DNA of 64,000 nucleotides, taken from Candidatus Poribacteria bacterium. GTDB lineage: Bacteria; Poribacteria; WGA-4E; PCPOR2b. Of the stretch, positions 35,912 to 45,507 are shown piece by piece. The DNA is taken from contig OZ242351.1 of NCBI GenBank assembly GCA_965208675.1, forward strand, positions 4,416,001 to 4,480,000, given 5' to 3'. The number at the start of each line of letters is the position of its first letter. Within the stretch, counting starts at the first letter, position 1. The notes under the pieces are model-generated. The model searched no databases. It saw nothing but the letters and a program-made list of their open reading frames with translations, and was not told the DNA's origin. A program made the position numbers and the translations under genes.

Positions 35912-37327
35912 ATGGCACTCACGCCCCGATTAGTTGTTGAAGTTTTTGAGCATGTAAACTATCAGGGACGCAAAGCCACAATTATTGATTCCGTATCAAA
36001 TACGGAAGGCGTTGGTGTCCAAGATGTCATTTCCTCGATCCGAATTTATAAAGGGCCGGGTTTCAATGCTTCCCCCAATTACAAAGCGATTTTCCATGAG
36101 ACTGCCAATTACCAAGGGCGAAGATTGGTTCTTGGACCGGGATTCTATCCAAACATCCACGATATTCCATACAACTTTGGCGATATAATTTCTTCCATTA
36201 GTTTTAGTCCTGCTGCCAACCCGACCCCGCCGGACTATGGTGCGATTCCTGTCATTATTGAGGCGTTCCAAGATCTCGACTTTCATGGTCAAACGAGCAT
36301 AATTATGCGGGATGTCAGCAATCTGCGAGATATTGGAATGGACGATGCAATCTCGTCTTTGCGCATTCAGCGCGGCCCTAACTTTCCTTTTAGTGGATGT
36401 CATGTGGTTTTTTACGACCAGCCGAATTTTGAAGGGCGGCGGATGAACATACAGTTAACCTCACGCGAGTTCAGGGTGAGTCTTCGGAATCTCCACGAGG
36501 TGCCTCAATCATTTTCGGACATAATCTCCTCTGTGAAAATAGTGCCGCTCGGCGCCTTTCGCGTCCTGGTTGTGGTTGGCTACCGCACTACCCCGGAACC
36601 GTCTATATTGGAATCTCTCACGAAAATTGAGGGTCACGAATTCCAGTTTAAAACAATCAATATTAATCCTAACCCCGACAACTTTGGAGATTCGAAAACC
36701 GCCGTAAAACTTTCTAGCGAAGTCCTCTCGGAATACGACATTATCTGGTTTACATGGTTTGCGGCGGCGCACGACCAAGAATACTTTGTTGAGGACGCCG
36801 ACGAGGCTATTAAAGATTTTGTAAGGAGGGGCGGGATTGTTTGGGCGTCATCCATGGATAACAACATTATTCCCCCTGACGGCGTGTATACGCACGAACC
36901 GATGTGGCGCGGCGACTGGCTGCCTGTGGAACGGCATCCGATTCGTATCGTCAACTCGGACGATGTGAATATCAACATTACACCCGAAGGGCAGAAAACA
37001 GGGTTGTTCACGTGGCCCCACCAAGTTGATGTGAATGCGTTGGTGACCGATGATCACTGGGTTACAGATGATCCCGCATATACGCGATTGGGAGTGCGCA
37101 GCGACAATAACGAAATTGTGAGTTTTCAATTACGGTGGGGTGATGGTTATTATGTTACTTTTGCGATAGATACGCGCGATGCACGTAGAGCATCCCTCGC
37201 CAAAACCTTGATTGAAAACGCCCTTTGCTATCTGGCGAGCCTAGCCTGGCAAACCTCACCTCGACAACCGCTCAAAGGGCGGCACCGCACCCCTTCGAGT
37301 AATGAGTGGCACGGACAAATTATTTAA
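35912..37327 (+). CDS. Beta/gamma-crystallin domain protein (four Greek keys) with a C-terminal GATase-like alpha/beta domain
   Basis: FEHVNYQG/DVISSIRI, HETANYQG/DIISSIS, FQDLDFHG/DAISSLRI, YDQPNFEG/DIISSVKI; then YDIIW...IKDFVRRGG; no signal peptide. Confidence 0.85.
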   Translation: MALTPRLVVEVFEHVNYQGRKATIIDSVSNTEGVGVQDVISSIRIYKGPGFNASPNYKAIFHETANYQGRRLVLGPGFYPNIHDIPYNFGDIISSISFSPAANPTPPDYGAIPVIIEAFQDLDFHGQTSIIMRDVSNLRDIGMDDAISSLRIQRGPNFPFSGCHVVFYDQPNFEGRRMNIQLTSREFRVSLRNLHEVPQSFSDIISSVKIVPLGAFRVLVVVGYRTTPEPSILESLTKIEGHEFQFKTININPNPDNFGDSKTAVKLSSEVLSEYDIIWFTWFAAAHDQEYFVEDADEAIKDFVRRGGIVWASSMDNNIIPPDGVYTHEPMWRGDWLPVERHPIRIVNSDDVNINITPEGQKTGLFTWPHQVDVNALVTDDHWVTDDPAYTRLGVRSDNNEIVSFQLRWGDGYYVTFAIDTRDARRASLAKTLIENALCYLASLAWQTSPRQPLKGRHRTPSSNEWHGQII

Positions 37328-37451
37328 TCGTAATCATAAATTGTGACACCAATTGGAAGGAGCATTCGTCCAACTTTGCCGTTTTCCCGATATCTGTTTT
37401 TGTGAGTTTTAAGTTCACACATTTGAACCCTCCACGTTATAGGAGTAGTCA

Positions 37452-39719
37452 ATGCGTTTGATCGGTGTCATCGTAATCACCGTGGTGGTTGCGATAGTGG
37501 TTGGAATCTTGGCTAACGAGCAGCTAGCTGATGCTGTTGAAGGGTTGATTCGCTGGTTAATGATTACAGGCGTCATAGTCCTTGCAATCCTCGTTGCCTT
37601 TATTGGTTCTGTCATTCGTTACAGGAAGCCGAAATCTGATATCGCACTGGTTCGAACTGGCGGCCGCCGCGAGAAGATAACCATCACCGGCGGTATGTGG
37701 ATCAACACGATTATCCACGAAGTCAAGGAAATCTCACTGAATACTATGCGCATTGAAGTTGTTCGGGAAGCGCAAGAGGCGTTGATTACCGTCGACTTAA
37801 ACCGGGCGGATACCGAAGCGGTGTTCTATCTCAAAGTTGAACCGATTACGGATGAAATTTTGAGAGCGGCTCAAGCGCTCGGAGATAAATCGATGACGCC
37901 GGAGACTGTGCGTGAACTCATTGAGCCAAAACTCGAAGGCGCATTAAGAAGCGTGGCTGCCGAGACCGAAATCCAAGATTTGTTGCAGAAGCGGCAGGAG
38001 TTCGCTGACAACGTCCAAAAAGCGGTAGGATTGGATTTAAAAAATCAAAACGGACTTACGCTTGAAACCGTCTCAATTATCCGTATCGACCAAACCCCCG
38101 TCGCAACGCTGGATACGGAGAACCGATTTGATGCGGTGGGTATTCGTACAATTACCGAGATTACTGCGGACCAGGCAAGGGAAAAGGAACGGATTGTTCA
38201 GGAAAAAGAGGTTGCGATTGTCCGCATTGATGTTGATGCACGCATCCAAAAACTCGAAGCGGAGCAGGCACAGGCTTTGGCGGAATCCGATCAACAGCGG
38301 AACATCGCCATCTATGCAGCGGAAAGAGAAGCCGATACCCTAAAATTCCAATTCGAAATGGAGCAGGGTGTGCAAGAGCGCGAGTACGTAATGAAGCAGG
38401 AGGTGGAGAGGGCGCGGATTATTCAGGAGCAGGTGGTTCAAGAGCGGGAAATCGAGATGAACAGGGAAGTAGAACTTGCCCGCGTTGAACAGGAGCAGGC
38501 GGTCGCAGAGCGAGAAATCCAGATGAACCTCGTGGTTGAAACGAAGCAGATTGAGCAGTCCAAGGCAGTGGAACTGGCTGAGATTGAGCGAATTTTGACG
38601 GTCGAAACGCGGCGGATTGAACAAGAAGAAACCGTAGCAATCCGAGAGTTTGAGAAGACATTAGCAATCGAGAAGGCGCGCATCGCCCAGGAAGAGGGCG
38701 TTGAGTTGAGGGACATTGAGCGGACGTTGGCGGTAGAGACCTCTAGGATTGCACAAGAGCAGCAGGTACAACTGCGTGATATTGAGAAAAACCTTGTTAT
38801 TGAAACCGGACAGATAAGCCAGTCCCGTCAGGTCGAACTTGCCGAGATTGACAAGATGCAGGTCGTGGAAGTGCGCGAGATGGAGAAGACCCTCTTCGTC
38901 GAGAGGGCGCGCATCGCTCAAGAGGAAGGCGTTGAGTTGAGAGATATTGAGCGGCTATTGGCGGTGGAGACCTCCCGATTCGCGCAAGAGCAACAAGTAC
39001 AGCAGCGTGAAATTGAGAAGAACTTGGTAGTTGAAACCGCACAGATTGGCCAGATGCGCCAAGTCGAACTTGCCGAGATACAAAAAATCTTGACGGTTGA
39101 GCAGGCGCGTATTAGTCAGGAACTGACAGTCGCGTTGAGGGACGAAGATCGGAAAATCGAGGTCGCCCATAAACAGCAGGTCACAGCATTGGCGGAACGC
39201 GACAAGTTGTTGGCGCAAGCAGAGGAAGTGGGCGCACAAGTTACGGTTACAGCGACCCAGGAGGTTGGAGAGGCTGAATGGCAGCGTGATGTTGCCGTGA
39301 TTGGTGCAGAGGCGCAGGCGCAGCCGATTGAACGCCTTGCTGATGCTGTGCTCGCCGAAGCAAGAGCGAAGGCGCAGGGTGAAATGGCGCATTTAGAGGC
39401 GCGAAATGTTGCCGAGCAACGTGTCCTGGTTCAGGAAGCGATTCTGGATCTCATCGATACATCGCCTGAACTTGTTGAGAGACTCATGAAGCCGGTCGAG
39501 CAGATTGACAGCATTAAAATTCTCGACATGGGCGGCGACAATCAGGGCGGCGTCAACCGCAGCAACATGGGACGCCTTGCAAACACGCTGCTTGACACTG
39601 GTGCTATTTCGCCCATGTTGAAGGAATTGTTCAATTTTGCCGATGTTGACGCGCAACAAGTCGCTGATAAAATCGCTCAATATCTTGCCGATTTGGTGAA
39701 CCGCCCGAGAGAATCGTAA
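37452..39719 (+). CDS. Flotillin/SPFH (YqiK-like) protein with an expanded coiled coil
   Basis: Two N-terminal TM helices; ALVRTG, ALITVD..RAD, ALRSVAA, NGLTLETVSI, FDAVG; C-terminal KPVEQIDSIKIL. Confidence 0.9.
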   Translation: MRLIGVIVITVVVAIVVGILANEQLADAVEGLIRWLMITGVIVLAILVAFIGSVIRYRKPKSDIALVRTGGRREKITITGGMWINTIIHEVKEISLNTMRIEVVREAQEALITVDLNRADTEAVFYLKVEPITDEILRAAQALGDKSMTPETVRELIEPKLEGALRSVAAETEIQDLLQKRQEFADNVQKAVGLDLKNQNGLTLETVSIIRIDQTPVATLDTENRFDAVGIRTITEITADQAREKERIVQEKEVAIVRIDVDARIQKLEAEQAQALAESDQQRNIAIYAAEREADTLKFQFEMEQGVQEREYVMKQEVERARIIQEQVVQEREIEMNREVELARVEQEQAVAEREIQMNLVVETKQIEQSKAVELAEIERILTVETRRIEQEETVAIREFEKTLAIEKARIAQEEGVELRDIERTLAVETSRIAQEQQVQLRDIEKNLVIETGQISQSRQVELAEIDKMQVVEVREMEKTLFVERARIAQEEGVELRDIERLLAVETSRFAQEQQVQQREIEKNLVVETAQIGQMRQVELAEIQKILTVEQARISQELTVALRDEDRKIEVAHKQQVTALAERDKLLAQAEEVGAQVTVTATQEVGEAEWQRDVAVIGAEAQAQPIERLADAVLAEARAKAQGEMAHLEARNVAEQRVLVQEAILDLIDTSPELVERLMKPVEQIDSIKILDMGGDNQGGVNRSNMGRLANTLLDTGAISPMLKELFNFADVDAQQVADKIAQYLADLVNRPRES
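38360..39170 (+). repeat. Intragenic 66-nt (22-aa) tandem repeats with a 231-nt higher-order duplication
   Basis: About 12 units of QE..V..REIE..L.VE..RI.; 38670-38849 matches 38901-39080. Confidence 0.85.
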
Positions 39720-39852
39720 CGGGACTTTGCGCCGCTGGAACGTGCGTTTTCCTGTCAATTATTTAACTCCAGGCAGCGGCTGCAGAATAGTCTCTCAAAA
39801 TAGCATTTCAAGTTACGGTCCGAGTCGAGACTTAAGAAGATGAGGTGCTTGG

Positions 39853-41154
39853 ATGGCGCGGTTTAATCCATTTGGACTACCATGGAGACGGCTCAAAAAG
39901 AATCGCTGCCGTACCTGCCGCACGGATAATGGCAAGCGTGTGTGTCCGGCGTTAAGCGGCGTTTTAATATGTCCGGCGTGCTGCCAAGCGAAACGCGCTA
40001 AAATTCCAGGCTGCGATGAGCGTTGCCGTTATTATATGCCTCTGATTCGAGCGAGCAAAATACACCCCCCGCCCGACTATCCCATCTATAAATGCTTGAT
40101 TAGTAACTCAAAACGCACCGGCATGCTAAGCGTTATTGTTGCGCGGGAGCGGCCTGACGGTAATTTGAAGGCGATGTTTCTGCTGCTCGATCTCTGGAAA
40201 AGGGGCATCCGCGACTGTTTTGTTGATGCCAATCTGCCCAAAGCCCATCTCGACCGATATTGTGAGAAATTGGGTAAATCTTACGATCTTGCCGACCACC
40301 TACCGGAAAACGAGGTCGAAGCCGAGGGGAATTTAATTGAAATGCCTCACAACACCATCGTGGTCGAAGCCGAATCCGCTATGCAGATTGACGATGGAGT
40401 AAATATTATTGAGGTGGACGGCGCGTCCGATGGAAAAGCAATTGATAGCGCGACCGGTGCGCGGGCGGTGCATGAAATTAACATACCGAAAGCGGGTAAG
40501 TGGTATGTATGGATTCGTGCATTCTTTCCGGAACGCAGCAAGGATTCGTATTGGATTGGGATGGACGATGCCGAACCTCATCCGTGGGATAGCGCTGGGG
40601 GACCTGGCGCAATTAAGATTTACGCCGAACAGGGCGATTCAGACAGTAAAACGGATTCAGCTTGGGGTGTCTGGTACTGGGATTCCGGAGTGAAAAGCGA
40701 ATCTTTCTCCAATGCGTTTTTTGATGTAAAGAAGCGCGGGAAATATAGATTGTGGTCTAAGGGACGCGAACCCGGTTCTATATTGGATCAGATATTGTTG
40801 ACGATGGACGAGAAGTTTAACCCGGAGGAGGCGTCCGACGGAGCGACGATTCCGGTGCCGGCAACCGTTTATCCATTTGAGCCGGTTCGGTTTGCTGAAT
40901 GCCAAGCGCTTATCCGTTATGCGCTGGATATGGCGACAGAAATTAAAACTGAAATTCCGTGGGAATTCGAATATTGGCGAAGCATTGTGGGCGACCTCTC
41001 TAATGTGCCGGAGATGGAGGGATCACTGTACAAATGTCCGAAGTGCGGCGAGGATTTGCCGGAGCCTGCAGTCGATTTGATGAAAGAACATGCGCAGTCG
41101 GACGATATTCAGTTTTATATTCTGTGCCGTAAATGCGGCGGCGAATTTGATTAA
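39853..41154 (+). CDS. Hypothetical protein: Cys-rich N-terminus, inserted CBM6/35-like domain, C-terminal Zn ribbon
   Basis: CRTC...C...CPACC...C...C; VEAES...GKWYVWIR...DSYW...GREPG..LDQILLT; CPKC...CRKC. Confidence 0.7.
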   Translation: MARFNPFGLPWRRLKKNRCRTCRTDNGKRVCPALSGVLICPACCQAKRAKIPGCDERCRYYMPLIRASKIHPPPDYPIYKCLISNSKRTGMLSVIVARERPDGNLKAMFLLLDLWKRGIRDCFVDANLPKAHLDRYCEKLGKSYDLADHLPENEVEAEGNLIEMPHNTIVVEAESAMQIDDGVNIIEVDGASDGKAIDSATGARAVHEINIPKAGKWYVWIRAFFPERSKDSYWIGMDDAEPHPWDSAGGPGAIKIYAEQGDSDSKTDSAWGVWYWDSGVKSESFSNAFFDVKKRGKYRLWSKGREPGSILDQILLTMDEKFNPEEASDGATIPVPATVYPFEPVRFAECQALIRYALDMATEIKTEIPWEFEYWRSIVGDLSNVPEMEGSLYKCPKCGEDLPEPAVDLMKEHAQSDDIQFYILCRKCGGEFD

Positions 41155-41204
41155 ATTACAATTTGGAATTACGCATTTGAAGTTTTCGGACTGTGTATTT
41201 TTTG

Positions 41205-41233
41205 TTGCAAAGGATTGGGTTCTGATATATAAT
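41205..41233 (+). promoter_or_regulatory. sigma70 promoter of the nuo operon
   Basis: TTGCAA-N17-TATAAT. Confidence 0.7.
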
Positions 41234-41326
41234 TTATGGTAGCGAGTGCGAATTGAGGATGTAAATTTTTTTTGCTTACGGCTTGTGATATTTTTCACAA
41301 ACTCCGTTTGAAAGGCTCGGAAATAC

Positions 41327-41722
41327 ATGGATCTCGATTTTGCGAATGTATTGATTTTCTTGGTTGTCGGGTGCGTGTTTGTGCTTCTTAACCTGACCGT
41401 TTCCCGCCTGCTTCAGACCCGGATTTTCACCGAAGAGAAATATATTCCATACGAATGCGGCGAGGATCCGGTAGGCGATACTCGAATAAAATTTAACGCT
41501 CGATTCTACATCATCGCTCTCATATTCCTAATATTTGACGTTGAAATTGTGTTTCTATTTCCGTGGGGGGTTGTGTTTCGTGAAATCGGTGTCCTGGCAT
41601 TTGTCGAAATGGTAATATTCATTGCCATTTTGTTGATTGGGCTGGCTTACGTGTGGGTCAAGGGTGATCTAGAGTGGATACGGTCGATTCAGTCGGGAAG
41701 TAAGGAGAGTGAAGTACAATGA
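41327..41722 (+). CDS. nuoA: NADH-quinone oxidoreductase subunit A
   Basis: PYECGEDP; [14 protein letters not shown]; KGDLEW. Confidence 0.97.
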   Translation: MDLDFANVLIFLVVGCVFVLLNLTVSRLLQTRIFTEEKYIPYECGEDPVGDTRIKFNARFYIIALIFLIFDVEIVFLFPWGVVFREIGVLAFVEMVIFIAILLIGLAYVWVKGDLEWIRSIQSGSKESEVQ

Positions 41723-42327
41723 TTATCGAAGAGAGACTCGACAAGAATGCAATTGTAACGTCGGTTGATGCAGTTGCGAATTGGGCGCGGGCGTCGTCAC
41801 TCTGGCCCATGACGTTCGGGCTTGCCTGCTGCGCAATCGAGTTTATGGCGACCGCTGCTTCCAACTACGATTTGGATCGCTTTGGCGCCGGTGTGCCTCG
41901 TGCGACGCCCCGTCAATCCGATCTCATGATTGTTTCAGGCACAGTTACGTTAAAAATGGCGACACGAATCAAACGCCTCTATGAGCAGATGCCAGAACCG
42001 AAATACGTCATTTCTATGGGGAGTTGTGCCACGAGCGGCGGTCCGTATTGGCAGCACGGTTACCATGTCCTGAAGGGGGTAGACCGCATTATACCGGTTG
42101 ACGTTTATGTGCCGGGATGTCCGCCGCGGCCTGAAGCGGTGCTCGAAGGGTTGATGAAGCTGCAAGAGAAAATTAAAACGCAGACGGTAGCAAAACGCCG
42201 CAATATGCCTTTCTTGAGGAAACTCTTTACCAAGACAGAGTTGGCGAACAACGAGGCAGCGATGGAAGAAGCAAAAGCACATCTCGCTGAACATGAGGAA
42301 TCTGAACGCGAAGAGGCTGCGGACTAA
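41719..42327 (+). CDS. nuoB: NADH-quinone oxidoreductase subunit B
   Basis: FGLACCAIE; SMGSCA; [13 protein letters not shown]. Confidence 0.97.
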   Translation: MIIEERLDKNAIVTSVDAVANWARASSLWPMTFGLACCAIEFMATAASNYDLDRFGAGVPRATPRQSDLMIVSGTVTLKMATRIKRLYEQMPEPKYVISMGSCATSGGPYWQHGYHVLKGVDRIIPVDVYVPGCPPRPEAVLEGLMKLQEKIKTQTVAKRRNMPFLRKLFTKTELANNEAAMEEAKAHLAEHEESEREEAAD

Positions 42328-42351
42328 AGTAATTAGGAGAGATTCTTTTCT

Positions 42352-42834
42352 GTGACGCCGCAAGAGATTTACACTCGGTTAAAAGGTGAATTTGGAGAAT
42401 CAATTCTCTCATTTGAAGAAACTGTTGTCGATCCCTTTATAGTCGTTGCCCCCGAATCGATAGCCGATGTCGGACGATACCTAGCGGAAGATGAGGCGTT
42501 GGCTTTCGATTTTTTAATGTGCCTCAGTGGGGTTGATTTGAGCGTTAAAGCTGAAGACCTTGAGGTTGTATATCACCTCAACTCAATGACCCACCGCCAC
42601 AACGTTGTCCTCAAAGTCGTCGTCCACAAAGAAAATCCCCACGTACCCACCGTCGAAAACATCTGGAAGACCGCCAACTGGCATGAGCGTGAGACGTTCG
42701 ATCTGTACGGCATAGTCTTTGACGGCCACAGCGATTTAAACCGCATTCTGCTTCCGGACGATTGGGAGGGACACCCGCTGCGCAAAGATTATAAAGAGCC
42801 TGATTTTTATCGGAGTATGCGGGTGCCGTATTGA
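42352..42834 (+). CDS. nuoC: NADH-quinone oxidoreductase subunit C
   Basis: ANWHERETFDLYG; WEGHPLRKDY. Confidence 0.96.
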   Translation: MTPQEIYTRLKGEFGESILSFEETVVDPFIVVAPESIADVGRYLAEDEALAFDFLMCLSGVDLSVKAEDLEVVYHLNSMTHRHNVVLKVVVHKENPHVPTVENIWKTANWHERETFDLYGIVFDGHSDLNRILLPDDWEGHPLRKDYKEPDFYRSMRVPY

Positions 42835-42993
42835 TTTGTGGACAAGGTTGGGGGTAAGTGCGTTTGAAGGCAGTTTCTGCAGAACATGCTTCGGCGTACG
42901 CAGGGACTATTTTTGCAGAAATTAGGAAATCCACCCAAACCGTTGCGTTAACGTTGAGCCGGGGAACGCAGTTGAATCGCGGGGGAATTTACT

Positions 42994-44172
42994 ATGGCAG
43001 TGCCAAAACCGGAAAGCAAATTCATTGAACTCAAGCCGTTTACGGACGAGATGGTTGTCAATATGGGGCCTCAACATCCAAGCACGCACGGTGTATTGCG
43101 GCTTGAACTGAAGCTAGATGGCGAGGTCGTCCGGGAGGCAATCCCGCATATCGGATATCTGCACCGCTGCTTTGAAAAACATTCCGAAAATCTGTCTTAC
43201 CCCCAGATAATTCCGTTCACTGACCGCATGGACTATATCGCTGCCATGAACCAGAATTGGGGGTTTTGCCTGGCTGTTGAAAAGCTGATGGCGGCTGATG
43301 AAAAAAGGGGATTCGAGGTGCCTGAACGCGCCGAATATCTGCGGGTGCTCATCTGCGAACTGAATCGGATTGGGAGCCACCTCCTATCTTTTGGCACCTA
43401 CGGCATGGACATCGGCGCGTTCACTCCGTTTCTTTACGCTTTTCGAGACCGCGAAAAAATCCTCCTGCTTTTTGAGAAAATCTGCGGTGCGCGACTGACA
43501 TATAATTATGTGCGCATCGGCGGCGTTTCGAGGGATATGCCGCCACAATTTCTTGACGAGGTCAAGGAATTTATTGACTATTTTGAGCCGAAGATTGACC
43601 AATACAACTCGCTGCTAACAGATAACGAGATTTTTATTGAACGCACGACAGGCGTCGCCGTGATGGATAATGCGATGGCGATTAACTACGGCATCACTGG
43701 CCCAAATCTTAGGGGCGCGGGGTCTCAATGGGACTTGCGCAAGGATGAACCGTACTCAATTTATGACCGGTTCGACTTTGACGTTGCGTACGGAAAAGAA
43801 ATTCCGGAAATTGGGGCGGTCTTAGGTGATTGTTGGAATCGGTACAAGGTGCGAATGGACGAAATGAAAGAGTCCGTGCGTATAATTCGCCAAATTCTTG
43901 AGGGCGATATCCCTGATGGACCGATTATGGCGGAGATGAAAGCGGTTCGCCCGCCAAAGGGCGAGATTTTCTACCGGAGTGAAGCGCCGCGCGGCGAGCT
44001 TGGGTTTTATATCGTAAGCGACGGCACGCCTAAACCGGTGCGAGTCAGAGCCAAATCGCCGTGTTTCACGGCTTTAAGTGCGTTGCAGGAGCTCAGTAGA
44101 GGATTAATGGTTGCCGATATTATCGCGATTATCGGCAGTATAGATATTGTGATGGGAGAAGTAGACCGCTAG
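42994..44172 (+). CDS. nuoD: NADH-quinone oxidoreductase subunit D
   Basis: NMGPQHPSTHGVLRL; GYLHR; EAPRGE; C-terminal GEVDR. Confidence 0.97.
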   Translation: MAVPKPESKFIELKPFTDEMVVNMGPQHPSTHGVLRLELKLDGEVVREAIPHIGYLHRCFEKHSENLSYPQIIPFTDRMDYIAAMNQNWGFCLAVEKLMAADEKRGFEVPERAEYLRVLICELNRIGSHLLSFGTYGMDIGAFTPFLYAFRDREKILLLFEKICGARLTYNYVRIGGVSRDMPPQFLDEVKEFIDYFEPKIDQYNSLLTDNEIFIERTTGVAVMDNAMAINYGITGPNLRGAGSQWDLRKDEPYSIYDRFDFDVAYGKEIPEIGAVLGDCWNRYKVRMDEMKESVRIIRQILEGDIPDGPIMAEMKAVRPPKGEIFYRSEAPRGELGFYIVSDGTPKPVRVRAKSPCFTALSALQELSRGLMVADIIAIIGSIDIVMGEVDR

Positions 44173-44245
44173 ATTTTGGAAACGCCGAGTTTCTGTTTCT
44201 GTTACCGTGATTGCGGCGTTCGAGTACCCGACATAGGAAATCCGG

Positions 44246-45496
44246 ATGTTACCTATTCTACAGCAATTTATTCAAGACACATTCCCAGCATTCTTCACCC
44301 AAACGGGCAATGAAAATTTGTCGCAGTTGGTTCTAAAATTTTTGGAGTCGCACGTCCCGTTTCTGGCGTCGCTTCCAGTACCCGTGTTGCAACTGATTGC
44401 GATGCTCGCCGTATGCGTTATCTTCGTTGCGGTCGTGCCGTTGCTTCCGCTGTTCTTGGTCTTGGCGGAAAGAAAGGTGTCCGCCCATATCCAGGATCGT
44501 GTCGGACCGATGCGGGTGGGGCCCCACGGCGTACTTCAGACATTAGCAGACGGCGTTAAACTCATTTTCAAAGAGGACCATATTCCCCGGCAAGGCGACA
44601 AAATTCTCTTCATCGTTGCGCCGTATATCATCTTTGCATGCTCTTTTGCGGTGTTTGCGGCAATCCCGTTTGGCAAATCAATCTTGGTGAGTAACCTGAA
44701 TATTGGCATCTTTTACATCATGGCAATCTCCTCTGTCGTTGTGATTGGCGTAATTATGGCGGGTTGGGCGTCGAATAGCAAATGGTCGTTGTTGGGTGCG
44801 TTGCGTTCCGCGGCGCAGATTGTCAGCTATGAAATCCCGATCGGCCTTTCAATTTTGGCGGTCGTGATGCTTGTGGAGAGCTTGAAGATGCAGGATATTG
44901 TGATGAATCAGGGCGGCCTAGGGATATTGAGTTGGATCGTGTTTCGTACCCCGTTCACCTTTATCGCTTTTTTTGTATTCTTTATATCGGCGATTGCGGA
45001 GGTAAACCGAACCCCCTTTGATTTGCCGGAGGCGGAGTCCGAACTGGTAGCGGGATTTCACACGGAATACAGTGGCATGCGATTCGCGTTGTTCTTCATT
45101 GCGGAATATGCGAATATGTTTGCCGTGAGCGCAATTGCGTCAACGTTATTTTTAGGCGGTTGGAAAGGCATAATCCCCGGCTACGAATTCTTGGGCGGCA
45201 CACCCGGCTTTGTTATCAAGACGATGTTACTCGTCTTCGTCATGATGTGGATACGATGGACGCTGCCTCGGCTTCGCGTCGATCAACTCATGAATCTGTG
45301 TTGGAAATACCTTATCCCAATCTCATTCTTCAACATTCTTGGTATCGGGATTTGGGTGCTCATTTTTCAGAACGACAAAAATCCAGCCCATATTGGCATT
45401 AGCTTGTTGATTATCATTCTAGGAATCATCGGTGCATATTTGGTGTTAGGAAGGCGTTCATCGCAAAGCCCCGCACCACGGGCGAGTTCTGCGTAG
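44246..45496 (+). CDS. nuoH: NADH-quinone oxidoreductase subunit H
   Basis: ERKVSAHIQDRVGP; NRTPFDLPEAESELVAGFHTEYSG; PRLRVDQLM. Confidence 0.97.
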   Translation: MLPILQQFIQDTFPAFFTQTGNENLSQLVLKFLESHVPFLASLPVPVLQLIAMLAVCVIFVAVVPLLPLFLVLAERKVSAHIQDRVGPMRVGPHGVLQTLADGVKLIFKEDHIPRQGDKILFIVAPYIIFACSFAVFAAIPFGKSILVSNLNIGIFYIMAISSVVVIGVIMAGWASNSKWSLLGALRSAAQIVSYEIPIGLSILAVVMLVESLKMQDIVMNQGGLGILSWIVFRTPFTFIAFFVFFISAIAEVNRTPFDLPEAESELVAGFHTEYSGMRFALFFIAEYANMFAVSAIASTLFLGGWKGIIPGYEFLGGTPGFVIKTMLLVFVMMWIRWTLPRLRVDQLMNLCWKYLIPISFFNILGIGIWVLIFQNDKNPAHIGISLLIIILGIIGAYLVLGRRSSQSPAPRASSA

Positions 45497-45507
45497 GACA
45501 AGGAGGA

